Shown here: positions 1 through 10,437 of the stretch, piece after piece
How positions within the stretch are numbered: the stretch's first letter is position 1
Layout: every line of letters starts with the position of its first letter
Assembly: GCA_965644315.1 (NCBI GenBank)
Contig: CBFFRQ010000093.1
Location: 62,001-126,000, forward strand
Reading direction: 5' to 3'
DNA length: 64,000 nt
From: Caecitellus pseudoparvulus
Taxonomy: Eukaryota > Protista > Bigyra: Bicosoecida
The notes under the pieces: generated by a model
Database searches by the model: none
What the model was told of the DNA's origin: nothing
Seen by the model: only the letters and a program-made list of their open reading frames with translations
Made by a program: the position numbers and the translations under genes

Positions 1-18
1 TCTTCTCGTCGCCACATT

Positions 19-3000
19 ATGGCATTCAGCCCTCCAGAGCGCAAGGTGGTTGGCTTGCTCACCATGTCGCGGGCACTGGGCACCGTGCCCTCTGGCACAT
101 TCTTCATCACGCGCCCCCCTCGACATGGAAGCATTGAGCTGAATGCCACAACTGGCCAGTACGCCTATTCACCCGCCTTTGGAGCTGATGGCCATGCACT
201 GCCATCTGCTTTCTCATGGTCTTTCATGCACGCGCAGCGGAGCTACGAGCCTGCCACGGTGTGGTTCACTGGCCAGCACCCCATCTTGGACAATTCTCGC
301 CGCATTTGGACCCAAGTTCCGTACATTCCGCTGCAGAGCACCCCAAGGACGCCGTCCCCACCGACAGGTGACGCACAGATCGCCAGAGTCCTGTTCGGAC
401 AGACTCATGTTCAGGAGACTTCGGCGCCTCTCCTTCGACTCGTCGGCAACCGCACCATGCTGGTCGTGGTTGATGTCACATCAGCCACAGGAACAGCCCC
501 CCCAGACGTGCTAGTCAGCGTGGCGTGTCCCGGGCAGGCATGGGGCCCCGTCGCAGCCAGACCTCCTGCCACTCTCCCCGTGTCCGTGAACCCTTACGAA
601 CATGACGAGAACACGACATACATGGTGACAGTTCCGGGGCACATGGTGCAGCCAGGCATTGAGGTGACTGTGCAGCTGGGCACAGATGGCAGCTCTGTCA
701 CACAGGTTCACAACGCAACGGTGCTCGGCGGCTGGAACGCACGGTACCTGCATGCTCACGCGAAGCTGTGGGGTGGCAGCTTTGGGCGGCAGATTGAGCT
801 GGAGTCAGGGCATGAGTACTTGGACAAGACGCCCGCTGCGTCTGCAGACTTTGTGCAGTTCGATGACTGGGAGTGGGACTTCACGGTGTTTCCAGAGGGC
901 AAATGGCTGGAATGCGGCACGTCGCCCACACCAGTCCTGAACGCCACCGTTGCTTGCAATTTTGGGACGGGAGGCTACTCCACTTTCGGCACAGTCTTGT
1001 CCATGATTGGACAAGTCCGCCACGCGACGGGCTTGCACTATGCAGGGCAGACCTGGATCGGTACTGTCCCCCCCATTGGTGGCGGACTGGGAGGAGGTCG
1101 TTCCGCCTCGGGTGACGTGTCATATGGCGTGTACTTTCACGAGCTTGGCCATGGTTGGGGTCTACCCCATTCTGACAGCGATCCAAACTGGCCTTGGGAT
1201 GAAATTTGTGGGACAGGGTGCGTCGGGAATGCCAGTGGGTGGCATGGGGGGCGCCAGCACTTCATTTCCCCGATGAGCGATGCTGCACAGCTGGAGTACA
1301 AGACTGATCCCATGTGGGGGGGTGGTAGGTATGCCGGCCCCAACGAGTTTTTTTCCATGCACGCTGACTGGAACAATTTCCGTATTCAGAACTCCATGAT
1401 CAGCACCGGCACAAAGCTCATCGACGGCAAGTGGTGTGAGTGGGACGCTGACGCGTCCAGTTGGGTGCAGAGCAGCAGGCATGTTGGCCGCAACTTGGCT
1501 GTGGCCACCAACGTGTCCTCCATGATATTTGTTGGATTCCTGTCCTCGTCAGATCTCGCAACGTACGTGCATGGGCAGCCGGTCGCGGTGAGCACTTCTG
1601 TGAAGGCAGGTTGGGATCCAACCAACCCTCACCCGGACGCACCCTCCGGGGACTACACGCTGCGCGTTTCTTGGGAGTTGGAAGACGGCAGTCTACTTGT
1701 CGAGCACCGCCTTATCGAGAAGTCCCGCTCTGATGCGACGGAAAAGTTTGCCATTGCCATGGAGGCGCACGGTGTTGCAGCAAAGGCCGAACTGTTGCTT
1801 TCTCCCTCAGCCATGTCCCTTGGCCTTCCCACCAGACCAAGGGTGCTGCACTCCTGGACCAATCCTGCAGCGCTCACACAATGCGGCGTGCTTGGCGATA
1901 ACCCGTCATTTGCTGAAGTCACGTCGAGCATGTGGTTTCCTTCATCCCTCGCGGACGGCGCGGAGGTTAGCTGGGCCTCTTCCCATCCAGCAGTGATTTC
2001 AGTGCTGTCTGGTCGGGTGTCTCGACCGCGAACGGGCGAGCCGAATCAAGCTGTTACGCTCTCTGCACAACTGCGCTGGCCCAACGGGCGCCTGCGCACG
2101 TACTCTATTAACGCCGTCGTCCATGCCCTCCCACCTGTTGACCGGCAGCAGCGCGCGGAGCGAGTTGCCCTGTCTCTCGTACAGGCACTGGCTTTGAAAG
2201 TGCACAAGTGGGGTTCTGCTGATGCTGCAAGTGCGGTCGCTCCCTTACCACGGCACGCAGCGTGGACCTCGACGTGGTGTGCCAATGACTCCGCCTTGCA
2301 CTTCTCCGTGGACCAATCGTCCGTCAGGCCAAAAGCTGCTCTTGACGGCCCTGTCCCAGTTGCATTCACGGTGCGGGTAGTGCACAGGGTGCATGGCACG
2401 GTGGGGGAAGCCTCAGGCACTACTGTTGTGCCAGCACTTCCTGATTCCGTCGCCAAGGAGCGAGCATGGCTCAGGAACGTATCATCCATCTACATCGGAG
2501 GCGGGCATACCCCCATTTACCCACATGGTGCAGGAGTCGCGACCATTCTGAAGAGTGGAAATGGCAGGGGCTTTGCTGCAGTGGGTCGGTACGGGGCTGG
2601 TGCGATTGTGGCGTTTGGCAGGGAATACTGGGGGTCAGCGCTTGAACAAGACCCGGCCGAGCACCAGGGGTCGCGCCTGATCGTCCAAGCGTTGGAGTTG
2701 GCCAGCGCCCACCGCCCCTTGTCACAGCGCCTTGAAGCCATCCGCGCGGTCCCTGGCAGCACAGCTGACATCTTGAGCTCTCATAACACCAGGACTCTGC
2801 ACCCAGCCACGGGGCTTTCTCTACGGTACGAGACTTTGACGCCCAGCCTTGTCGGCAACTTGTCGTTAAACGCAACGTCGTTTGTGTGGGCGCATCGAGA
2901 CTTGGGAAGCCAAGATGTTGCTGACGCTCTGTCTGCGTACGTGTTCAAGGGTGGTGTCGTGCTCATCACGTACCAAGTTTGGAACTTGGGCAACCCTGGC

Positions 3001-6000
3001 TATGGATACCTGGACTCCTTGACCACAAGGGCAGGCTTCCGCATGGATCCAAGTTACTACTACGCAGGGGCTTTCCCCGGAGACGAAGTGGAGCCTCCTT
3101 ATGTCCGCAAGCTGCACACTGTGCTCTCAGCTGCCCCGGTGCTTCGCTGCCCAGCGGGCATGGACGTCAATGCCATGGGCCGTGTGCAGGGCGGGCCATG
3201 TGTCGCCACTCCGCTGTCCAAAGTCATTGGTGGGCAAGGACCAACTCAAGGCGTATTTGCTCCCTCTGCAGCTCAAGGTGGCGCTGTACACGAGTACGCT
3301 GATGCAGCAACGGGCAAGCGGCTGCTGCAGGCGAGTGACGGCATATGGGAGGTGCAAGCTGCGAATGGCGACGTTCTTGCTCGACAGCATAGCCCTCAGC
3401 CGCGGCCCTGCACTTCGGCGGCAAATCTTGGAAGCATCTGGAGCGCGCCTGGAGCTCCTCTTCCTTCGCCTCACCAGCTTGTGAGAGTAATCGAAATCGT
3501 TCAGCATGATGCAGCGCAGCCTATCCACATCGGAGAGATTCGACTTCATGGTGTGATGAATGGCGTCAGCCAGCGCATTTCCAACGAGACTTTTGCTTGT
3601 TTTCTTGCCCCTGTGAACGGGTGGTATTGGTTTCAGGGCAGCCGTTCGACTGGAGGTGCGCCGCGCCTCACAGACGGGGATGTGGCCACCCGGGACGAAG
3701 TGCAGCGTGACGACAACGGGCCTGCGAGAGCTGTATGCGTGTTGGATTCGCCGATTGCGCTGCAAAACGTGTCCATTGATGGAGTCTGGTGGCGGCAAAG
3801 CAAGATTGAAGTTCGCGTCGGCAACACAGTGGCAGAACAGGGCGCCCCAGGCTCTGCGCTGTGGTGGTATGGGTCCGCTGCTGGGGACCTTGATGCCGCC
3901 GTTGGCTTCGAGGCTTCAAGCACACGGCAGGGCCAGTTGCACAGTTCAGGCAAGTGCTGGGCTTGGGATGCGGCCTGGCTCAAAGCTCCCCTGTCTGCCG
4001 ACATGCCGTGGGCAGTCCCGACTGGCAGCGTCGCTATCTCTTGCCATTGGCCCACCCCCAAGCGCTTCACCAACGTGACGTTGCTGAGCAGCGGGCCGGT
4101 TCAAGGCGATCTTCAGGTTGCTGCTGGCCCGTGGCAGGCTTCCCCCTCGAACAGGTCTGCACAGTCCGCAAGTGTCAGCTGGCCATTTAGCGGCACAGGA
4201 GCAGTCGCAGCGTTGACCTGGGGCATTGAAGACAGGCGACTCGTTGATGCCGTGTGGAGTACCGGTGTGTTTGACTGTGGAGGCTCGTGTGTTGTGGATG
4301 TGCCCAGCATGCCATCGGCAATCGCAGTGCAGCGAGGGATGGCATGCCCGGCGGGAGATGCTCTTCAGCAGTGTAAGGCGGCGTTGGATTCAGCCTGCCG
4401 GGACATCAGGGGTGTTGACAGTGCTGAAGCCATTCAATCTTCTTCCTTGCGCCCCCTCTCTTGGAACATTACCACAAGCTTCAGCTGTGCTACCAAAACA
4501 AGCCCTGGCCTCGTCCCTGAGCCAGGTGAGGCCGACCGACTGGCTGCTGTGCACGCGGCTTGCCAGCAGCCCCCTGTGTCCCTAGGGACCGTTGTGGCCT
4601 CTGGCTCACTCAACTGTGCAGCATCCTCTGTGCCACGGCCCAATACCCTCGTGACGTGCACTGCCTCGCTGGCAACTGCGTCAGCGCCGCCTGGACTTCG
4701 AGTTGTTGCAGAGGGAAACGGGCGCTCAGTGTCGTCGTCAATGCTGGTGGAGGACACAGGGACTCTTCGATTTAACATCATTTGGCCAGAACCCGGTGTT
4801 TGGTCCATGAAATTGCGCCATAGCAGCTCCAAAGCTGAGGAAAGTCTGGGGAGGGTGGCTGTCGTGGAGCAGCCGCTCCGCAATCCTGCTCGGGCAGTGT
4901 GCTCGCCCTTCGCAGATGACACTCCTCTTGATGCCCCTGGTGGGCGTGGAGTGAACGTCCCTTGGAACCCCCTTCCAGATGAACTGGAAGTGTTTTTCGA
5001 TCGTGTGGCGTGCTCCGGATTCAGCAGCCGCCTGGCCCCGCTTCGCCCACCTCGCCCTGTTTGGACTTGTGATCCCACCCGAAACGCAGCAGAGCTCTTG
5101 ACTGGAGTCTCAGAGCTTCTCGGACAGCTATCAGAGGTGGCAGCTGCCCCGGTTGGCACTGGGTCGCTGCTGACGGTCGCACGCATGCTGTCGAACACGA
5201 CAACCCTCGCTTCACAATTCCTGCAAAGCGTCGCCTCGCGCACTCTGCAAAACTCTACACAGCGTGGGTTCCCTGGGCGCGCTTGGGCGCAACCCATTCT
5301 GCCGAACAGCTACGCGACCAGCCATTGCTCGTCCAAGGCCAAGCTTTCGGGCATGTGGCGGCGATTGGTAGCGAAGATTGCGCAGCAGTCCAAGGCACGG
5401 GGCTGCGCCGCAGGTGCTCGGCGCTTGTCAACCAGCAATGCGACTGACTGTGGGACTTGGGCCACCTCCGTTTCTGGTATCATGTCTGCTGTTGTGCCTG
5501 CAATCAGTGACATGGCCTTGGAGGTGAACGATCCCCAGGCGCAAGTCATGCTGTCCTCGTACGCCAGCGTCCATGCCGACACCGGCACATTCCTGCAGCA
5601 ATACGGTGCAGACTGTGTCTCTGGACAGGGAGCCTTGGCAGGGGGCGTGCAGACGAACTTGGTACCGTGCAGCGAAATGTGCCCATCCTCTGGCTCTCAC
5701 GCAGACGCCGCTTGCTTGGCTCAGTGTGACGAGGCCGGCAAAGCAGAAGCAGTTGCTGGCCTGTACTGTTTGGTGGAGCCTTGTCCCCCAAAGAGTGCAG
5801 TGCTGTCGCCCTGGTCTACCTGCCTGCCGTTGAGTGGCTGTGGAGCCGGAACACAGCACCGCACATGGACCTGCGAAGATCCGTCTGGAACTGTGTACCC
5901 GGAGGAAGCTTGCCTGGTTCACCCTGAGCCGTCCACTCTGACACAAGCCTGTGTCGCCACTACTTGCGCACCGACACCATCCCCCACCCCCAGCGCTTCA

Positions 6001-6441
6001 AGCAGTGTCACTCCCACCCCTAGCACGTCAAACACTGCAACTTCGACGCCCACTTCCTCTGTCTCTCCAACTGTTTCCTCTACGCCCACTTCAACCCCCA
6101 CTCCAAGCGAGTCAGCCAGCCCATCTGCCCTCACACCGTCAGCGTCTGGCAGCCCACCGCCCCCTTCTGATCTGCAAGGTGGTGGGAGCAGTTCACGGGG
6201 AAGTGGAAACGCAGGGGCTTCTGATCCAGGGATGATTGCTGGCGTCAGCATCGCAGCGGTACTGGTTGTAGCTGCAGTTATCGCAGGCGTCATGCTGTGG
6301 AGGCGCAAGAGAAACAGTGCAACAAGCCCCAGCCAGCCAAAGCGCTTGAAGGACGAAATCGTCAACCCAACTTCGTTTGCGATGGATACGCCCATCGCAA
6401 CCTCCGGTCGAGGCCGCAACACTGCCGAGCTGCCAGCTTGA
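19..6441 (+). CDS. Large type I membrane zinc metalloprotease, M66/StcE-dictomallein-like, with Ig-like, TSP1 and S/T/P stalk domains; probably 5'-truncated by the window
   Basis: HELGHGWGLPH (HExxHxxGxxH) preceded by GGGLGGG, and FGQTHV N-terminal to it. Ig-like segments (PPRHGSIELNATTGQYAYSP; VSWASSHPAVIS...VTLSA), TSP1-like SPWSTC...CGAGTQHRTWTC, PTPS-rich stalk, TM helix then RRKR. The frame is open back to base 1. Confidence 0.75.
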   Translation: MAFSPPERKVVGLLTMSRALGTVPSGTFFITRPPRHGSIELNATTGQYAYSPAFGADGHALPSAFSWSFMHAQRSYEPATVWFTGQHPILDNSRRIWTQVPYIPLQSTPRTPSPPTGDAQIARVLFGQTHVQETSAPLLRLVGNRTMLVVVDVTSATGTAPPDVLVSVACPGQAWGPVAARPPATLPVSVNPYEHDENTTYMVTVPGHMVQPGIEVTVQLGTDGSSVTQVHNATVLGGWNARYLHAHAKLWGGSFGRQIELESGHEYLDKTPAASADFVQFDDWEWDFTVFPEGKWLECGTSPTPVLNATVACNFGTGGYSTFGTVLSMIGQVRHATGLHYAGQTWIGTVPPIGGGLGGGRSASGDVSYGVYFHELGHGWGLPHSDSDPNWPWDEICGTGCVGNASGWHGGRQHFISPMSDAAQLEYKTDPMWGGGRYAGPNEFFSMHADWNNFRIQNSMISTGTKLIDGKWCEWDADASSWVQSSRHVGRNLAVATNVSSMIFVGFLSSSDLATYVHGQPVAVSTSVKAGWDPTNPHPDAPSGDYTLRVSWELEDGSLLVEHRLIEKSRSDATEKFAIAMEAHGVAAKAELLLSPSAMSLGLPTRPRVLHSWTNPAALTQCGVLGDNPSFAEVTSSMWFPSSLADGAEVSWASSHPAVISVLSGRVSRPRTGEPNQAVTLSAQLRWPNGRLRTYSINAVVHALPPVDRQQRAERVALSLVQALALKVHKWGSADAASAVAPLPRHAAWTSTWCANDSALHFSVDQSSVRPKAALDGPVPVAFTVRVVHRVHGTVGEASGTTVVPALPDSVAKERAWLRNVSSIYIGGGHTPIYPHGAGVATILKSGNGRGFAAVGRYGAGAIVAFGREYWGSALEQDPAEHQGSRLIVQALELASAHRPLSQRLEAIRAVPGSTADILSSHNTRTLHPATGLSLRYETLTPSLVGNLSLNATSFVWAHRDLGSQDVADALSAYVFKGGVVLITYQVWNLGNPGYGYLDSLTTRAGFRMDPSYYYAGAFPGDEVEPPYVRKLHTVLSAAPVLRCPAGMDVNAMGRVQGGPCVATPLSKVIGGQGPTQGVFAPSAAQGGAVHEYADAATGKRLLQASDGIWEVQAANGDVLARQHSPQPRPCTSAANLGSIWSAPGAPLPSPHQLVRVIEIVQHDAAQPIHIGEIRLHGVMNGVSQRISNETFACFLAPVNGWYWFQGSRSTGGAPRLTDGDVATRDEVQRDDNGPARAVCVLDSPIALQNVSIDGVWWRQSKIEVRVGNTVAEQGAPGSALWWYGSAAGDLDAAVGFEASSTRQGQLHSSGKCWAWDAAWLKAPLSADMPWAVPTGSVAISCHWPTPKRFTNVTLLSSGPVQGDLQVAAGPWQASPSNRSAQSASVSWPFSGTGAVAALTWGIEDRRLVDAVWSTGVFDCGGSCVVDVPSMPSAIAVQRGMACPAGDALQQCKAALDSACRDIRGVDSAEAIQSSSLRPLSWNITTSFSCATKTSPGLVPEPGEADRLAAVHAACQQPPVSLGTVVASGSLNCAASSVPRPNTLVTCTASLATASAPPGLRVVAEGNGRSVSSSMLVEDTGTLRFNIIWPEPGVWSMKLRHSSSKAEESLGRVAVVEQPLRNPARAVCSPFADDTPLDAPGGRGVNVPWNPLPDELEVFFDRVACSGFSSRLAPLRPPRPVWTCDPTRNAAELLTGVSELLGQLSEVAAAPVGTGSLLTVARMLSNTTTLASQFLQSVASRTLQNSTQRGFPGRAWAQPILPNSYATSHCSSKAKLSGMWRRLVAKIAQQSKARGCAAGARRLSTSNATDCGTWATSVSGIMSAVVPAISDMALEVNDPQAQVMLSSYASVHADTGTFLQQYGADCVSGQGALAGGVQTNLVPCSEMCPSSGSHADAACLAQCDEAGKAEAVAGLYCLVEPCPPKSAVLSPWSTCLPLSGCGAGTQHRTWTCEDPSGTVYPEEACLVHPEPSTLTQACVATTCAPTPSPTPSASSSVTPTPSTSNTATSTPTSSVSPTVSSTPTSTPTPSESASPSALTPSASGSPPPPSDLQGGGSSSRGSGNAGASDPGMIAGVSIAAVLVVAAVIAGVMLWRRKRNSATSPSQPKRLKDEIVNPTSFAMDTPIATSGRGRNTAELPA

Positions 6442-6513
6442 GGGTGGTGGCCACTTGTTCATACCTGGCGCAATGCACACCTTCGCGCTTCAATGCATTC
6501 CCAGGGTCCCACA

Positions 6514-8113
6514 TCATTCCCGCACGTCGAAGACAGCGGTTGAGCCGTCTGACAGCGCGGCAGCGAGGCGGATGCAGTCGGGGCGCCACTGCACTGAGTA
6601 CACGCCCCCCTCCGCTATGAAGGAGCGAACGATAGTGCCCTCTTTCGCATCCCACACATGGACGGCTTTGTCGAAGCCCCCAGACGCGAGCAAAAGGCCG
6701 TCTGGGGAATACTGGACAGAGTACACGACTCCGGCGTGAGCCGCCAAGGTAGCCAGACACGCCCCGCTCTCCGTGTCCCACAGGCGTACGGTGTTGTCCT
6801 GGGACCCAGTGGCCAGGCGCATGATGCTGCCAACGGAATCTCGGGCAGCAGCTGGCGCCCAAGCTAGGCTGTACACTTGCCCTGTGTGGGCCGTCAGGCT
6901 GTGAAGGGGCTGAGGCCCGGCCTGGGAGCCCTCCCCGGCGGCAGCAGCATCTGCAGGCGCACTGCTCTCTGGCTGCTGCTGAGCTGCCTCCACATCCCAC
7001 ACCTTTGCAGTGGTGTCATCTGACGCTGATGCGAGGAGGCGGCCGTCACTGCTCCACGCCAGAGCGTTGATTTCGTTCGAGTGGCCCGCAAACGTCGCCA
7101 CCACTTCAACTTCGCATGAGCCACCCGCCGTTGCGAGCGTGCCCACCTTCACGACGTGGTCTGTACCAGCCGTTGCAAACGTGGTGTCTGACTTCCAGCA
7201 CACGTCCAAAACAGGGGCTGAGTGCCCTGTAAACCGAGCAAGTGCCGCGCCAGTGGCCGCATCCCACACGATGGCGACTGAATCTTCGGCTCCCGTCAGC
7301 AGCACTTTGTCAGAAGGGGCCCACTCGAGGGAAAAAACAGACCCAGTGTGGCCCTCCAGCAGCTTTTTCAACGTGCCATCTTGGCCCCACAGCCTTACGA
7401 CGCCGTCCTGCCCAGCGGTGGCGAGGGTTTCACCGTCATTGCTCCACGCCACACAGGTGACATCTCTACCCGAATCTGGAGGCGCCCGAGTTGACACCGC
7501 CGTTGCAGAGGAGCTGGCATGGTCCAGCACTGTGCTGCTTGTCATGACTGCCATCGAGTCAGGCGTGCTGCCAGCTGGAAGTGTCGCAGGGACAGGCCAG
7601 ACTCTGGCCGAGCCATCTCCGCTGCCTGTCGCCAGGGACCCCGACACAGGGTTCCACGAACATGCAAACACTTCCTTTTCATGACCAGCGAGAGAGAGCA
7701 CCTCCTGTCGCTCTACATCCTTGGGCTTGTTCACAGGGTCTGCGAAAGGAGCACGGGGCCGTGGCGGAAATTGGCTTCATTCAGCAGTTCGGGATCGGCT
7801 GCCGATGCAGCCAGCGCAGCAGCAGCACAGCAGACAGGTACACGACAGGCAACTCACAGCCACGGCTCTGGAGCAGAGATGCAATGGTCTCCTTCCTGCC
7901 CCCAGTCTGAGACGCGACAGCTGTCTCGATCTCAACGTACTGCAAACCTTTTTGAATGAGCGTGATGAGGGCGCCTGGAGGAACGTCGGCGCCGCTGATG
8001 GTGCTGCGGGTCACCAAGGATTCATGACCAAAGGAAAATGCGCTGTGCACAAATCCTGACTCCTGCAAGTACCTGTACACCAACAGGTTGATCTCATCAC
8101 TCGTCACCGCCAT
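6514..8113 (-). CDS. TBL1: LisH + WD40 transcriptional corepressor subunit (TBL1/ebi/SIF2 family); 2 exons, intron ~7740-7857
   Basis: N-terminal [26 protein letters not shown]...[17 protein letters not shown] (LisH). Joined in frame through a GTGAG...CGCAG intron to the WD40 ORF 6514-7734. Confidence 0.9.
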
Positions 8114-8359
8114 GCCGCTGCGGAAATAGAGGCCTCCTGCAGCTCAGCAGCCCTCAGCAGGGGGGTCGCCCATGAGAGACATGCCGTTGGGGATCTCCCC
8201 GCAGTGGATACGTTCCGCACAAATTTGTTCGAGGACCAAAACCGCACTTCCTCCGCCCTGCCCTACTCCTGGACTCTCCCAGCTGCCTGAACGTACCAAG
8301 CAGGCGCTGGTTCAACTTCCCGCGTGGCCCCGGGCTTACAACGCCATCGTTGTGACGCG

Positions 8360-9418
8360 ATGTCATTTTCAAGGCAAGCGAGGTCAGCTTTGGCCACTGT
8401 TGCGGCTGCAGGATCTTGCCGTGTGCCGCTGATGGGCCCTGCCGGACCTGGGTTGCTGGGGCTCGTGCGTACTTCGCCTGTGCCCTGTATGCGGCTTCTG
8501 CGGGAAGAGGCACCGTCGACGCCCCCCCCAGCAGGGCATGGCATCAGGAGCACTCATGTCATGTGCGAGTGCGGAAGGGCGTGCCCCTCCCTCCACGGTG
8601 CGTGCGCCACGACGGCTGCTCGTTACATGCGTGGGGCATTGCGAAACGTACGCGAAACGCAGGCAACCCCGTCAAACACACAAGGCGTGCACGTCATCTT
8701 GTACCAGTATCAAACCTGCCCATTCTGCAACAAAGTGCGTGCATTTCTTGACATGCATGGGGTTCCTTACAGTACGGTGGAGGTGAACCCCCTCACCAAG
8801 GCAGAGATGGCCTGGTCCAAGTCCTACCGCAATGTGCCCATTGCTGTCGTAAACGGGGTACAAGTGAACAACAGCTCAGACATCATCAACCGTGTGGAAG
8901 ACCTTCTCGGTGGTCCGCCTGTTGGCCAGGGCTCCATGGCCGCAAGCGAAGTGGAGGAGTGGTGTGGTTGGGTTGACAGTACCTTGGCCAAGACACTGGC
9001 CCCGAACATCTACCGGACCTGGGACGAGTCCCTTGACTCCTTCGCGTACATTTCTGAACACTCTAACTTCGGCCCCTTGATGGGTCCCGTGACCAAGTAC
9101 ACGGGGGCTGTCCTCATGTACGCGATTTCCAAGCGGCTGAAGAAGAAGTACGGCTTCCAGGACGAACGGGAAGCCCTGTACAGTGCCGTGCAACAATGGC
9201 TCGAGCGAGGAGTGGCCGACCGCCGCTTTGCGGGGGGAGACACCCCCAACAAGGCAGACGTCGAAGTGTTTGGGGTGCTGCGCGCGCTGGAAGGGTACAC
9301 AACCTTCCGAGACCTTCAAGAGAACACGCGCATGGCCCCCTGGTACGCTGCCATGCAGGAGGCTGTGGGCCCCTCTGCCCAGCAGCACGCTCTGTTCACT
9401 GCCCCCGAGCAGCGCTGA
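8360..9418 (+). CDS. PTGES2: Prostaglandin E synthase 2-like glutaredoxin/GST-fold protein with possible mitochondrial presequence
   Basis: LYQYQTCPFCNKVRAFLD...VEVNPL, LAPNIYRT...ESLDSF, FAGGDTPNKADVEVFGVL. Start codon uncertain. Confidence 0.88.
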   Translation: MSFSRQARSALATVAAAGSCRVPLMGPAGPGLLGLVRTSPVPCMRLLREEAPSTPPPAGHGIRSTHVMCECGRACPSLHGACATTAARYMRGALRNVRETQATPSNTQGVHVILYQYQTCPFCNKVRAFLDMHGVPYSTVEVNPLTKAEMAWSKSYRNVPIAVVNGVQVNNSSDIINRVEDLLGGPPVGQGSMAASEVEEWCGWVDSTLAKTLAPNIYRTWDESLDSFAYISEHSNFGPLMGPVTKYTGAVLMYAISKRLKKKYGFQDEREALYSAVQQWLERGVADRRFAGGDTPNKADVEVFGVLRALEGYTTFRDLQENTRMAPWYAAMQEAVGPSAQQHALFTAPEQR

Positions 9419-9433
9419 GCGGCCGGGGCAGGC

Positions 9434-10220
9434 TCACACGCCGGGTACTTGTGAGAATTTGTCTGCCAGCCAGCCCACAGCACCATCCAAGCCGTCGCCT
9501 GTCAACGCATTCACCTGAACCACATGCACAGGCCTGCCTTTGGCCAGCAGTCCATCGCTTTGCACCACACGCATCACCTCTTCTTTTGTCAGCTGCCTGG
9601 CCTTGCTTGCCTCCTCGCTTCCAGCGGACTCGGACACGCGGCAGGGAGCCCGTTTGTTCGCGAGGACTAGGATTGGTGCATGCGCGGGGAGTGAAGCAGC
9701 GACTTGCTGTGCTGCGTCCCGGTTCACGGCCAGCCGGTGCACATCACTGGGGACAGCAGGACGGGTGGAGGCGTGTCAAGGCACCCACTAGGCCTGCGTC
9801 CGCGCGACGCACCTGCAATCCACGACGAGGATCGCTGCATCAACTTGCTGCAAGAAGCCATCCCACAGCAGTCGAAACTTAGACCTGCCAGATAGGTCCC
9901 ACATGGTCCATTCCTGCACAGCGCATGCCACATCCAGATCGCTGCGCAGAAACGCAGGCGTAACGGCATCACTCACCTGCCCTTCGAACTTGGCCTCGAC
10001 AAGCCGCACACCGTCATCTGTGGGCGGCACAATGTTACCATCCAGCTGACCACTGTATGTCCGTATAGATTCGGAAGCCGCTGATTTCCCTGGGAACCGC
10101 GGCAGGCGAAGCATGTGGCAGCTCAGTGTCCACCGACACTGGCTCGGTTTCTGGCCGGCGCTCACCGGCTCCGTCTAGGCCAACCACCGCGATGCTGTGC
10201 TTAGTGGGGCGTGACCCCAT
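9434..10220 (-). CDS. Divergent Arf-like (ARL) small GTPase, about 4 exons
   Basis: Spliced reading MGSRPTKHSIAVVGLDGAG|KS...PPT...|EWTMWDLSGRSKFRLLW...ILVLANKR...NALTGDGLDGAVGWL. Canonical GT-AG introns join the fragments. Confidence 0.8.
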
Positions 10221-10437
10221 GCTTTGCAAAAGCTGTGCTCCTCTCGCGTGGGAGGTCAGCTGCAGGTGCAAGGGGGATCTCAAACTCGCAGCTGCCCTCA
10301 TACACTGGCACGGCGCCCTGCCCGGGAGTCTACTGAGAGGGGCACGGGGATCACGTGCGGCAGAAGTGGCAGTGAAGGGATTAAAATTGAATTTGGCTCT
10401 GTGGTCTCCTTAGTGGCGGGGTACTCAGAGGCCCCGT

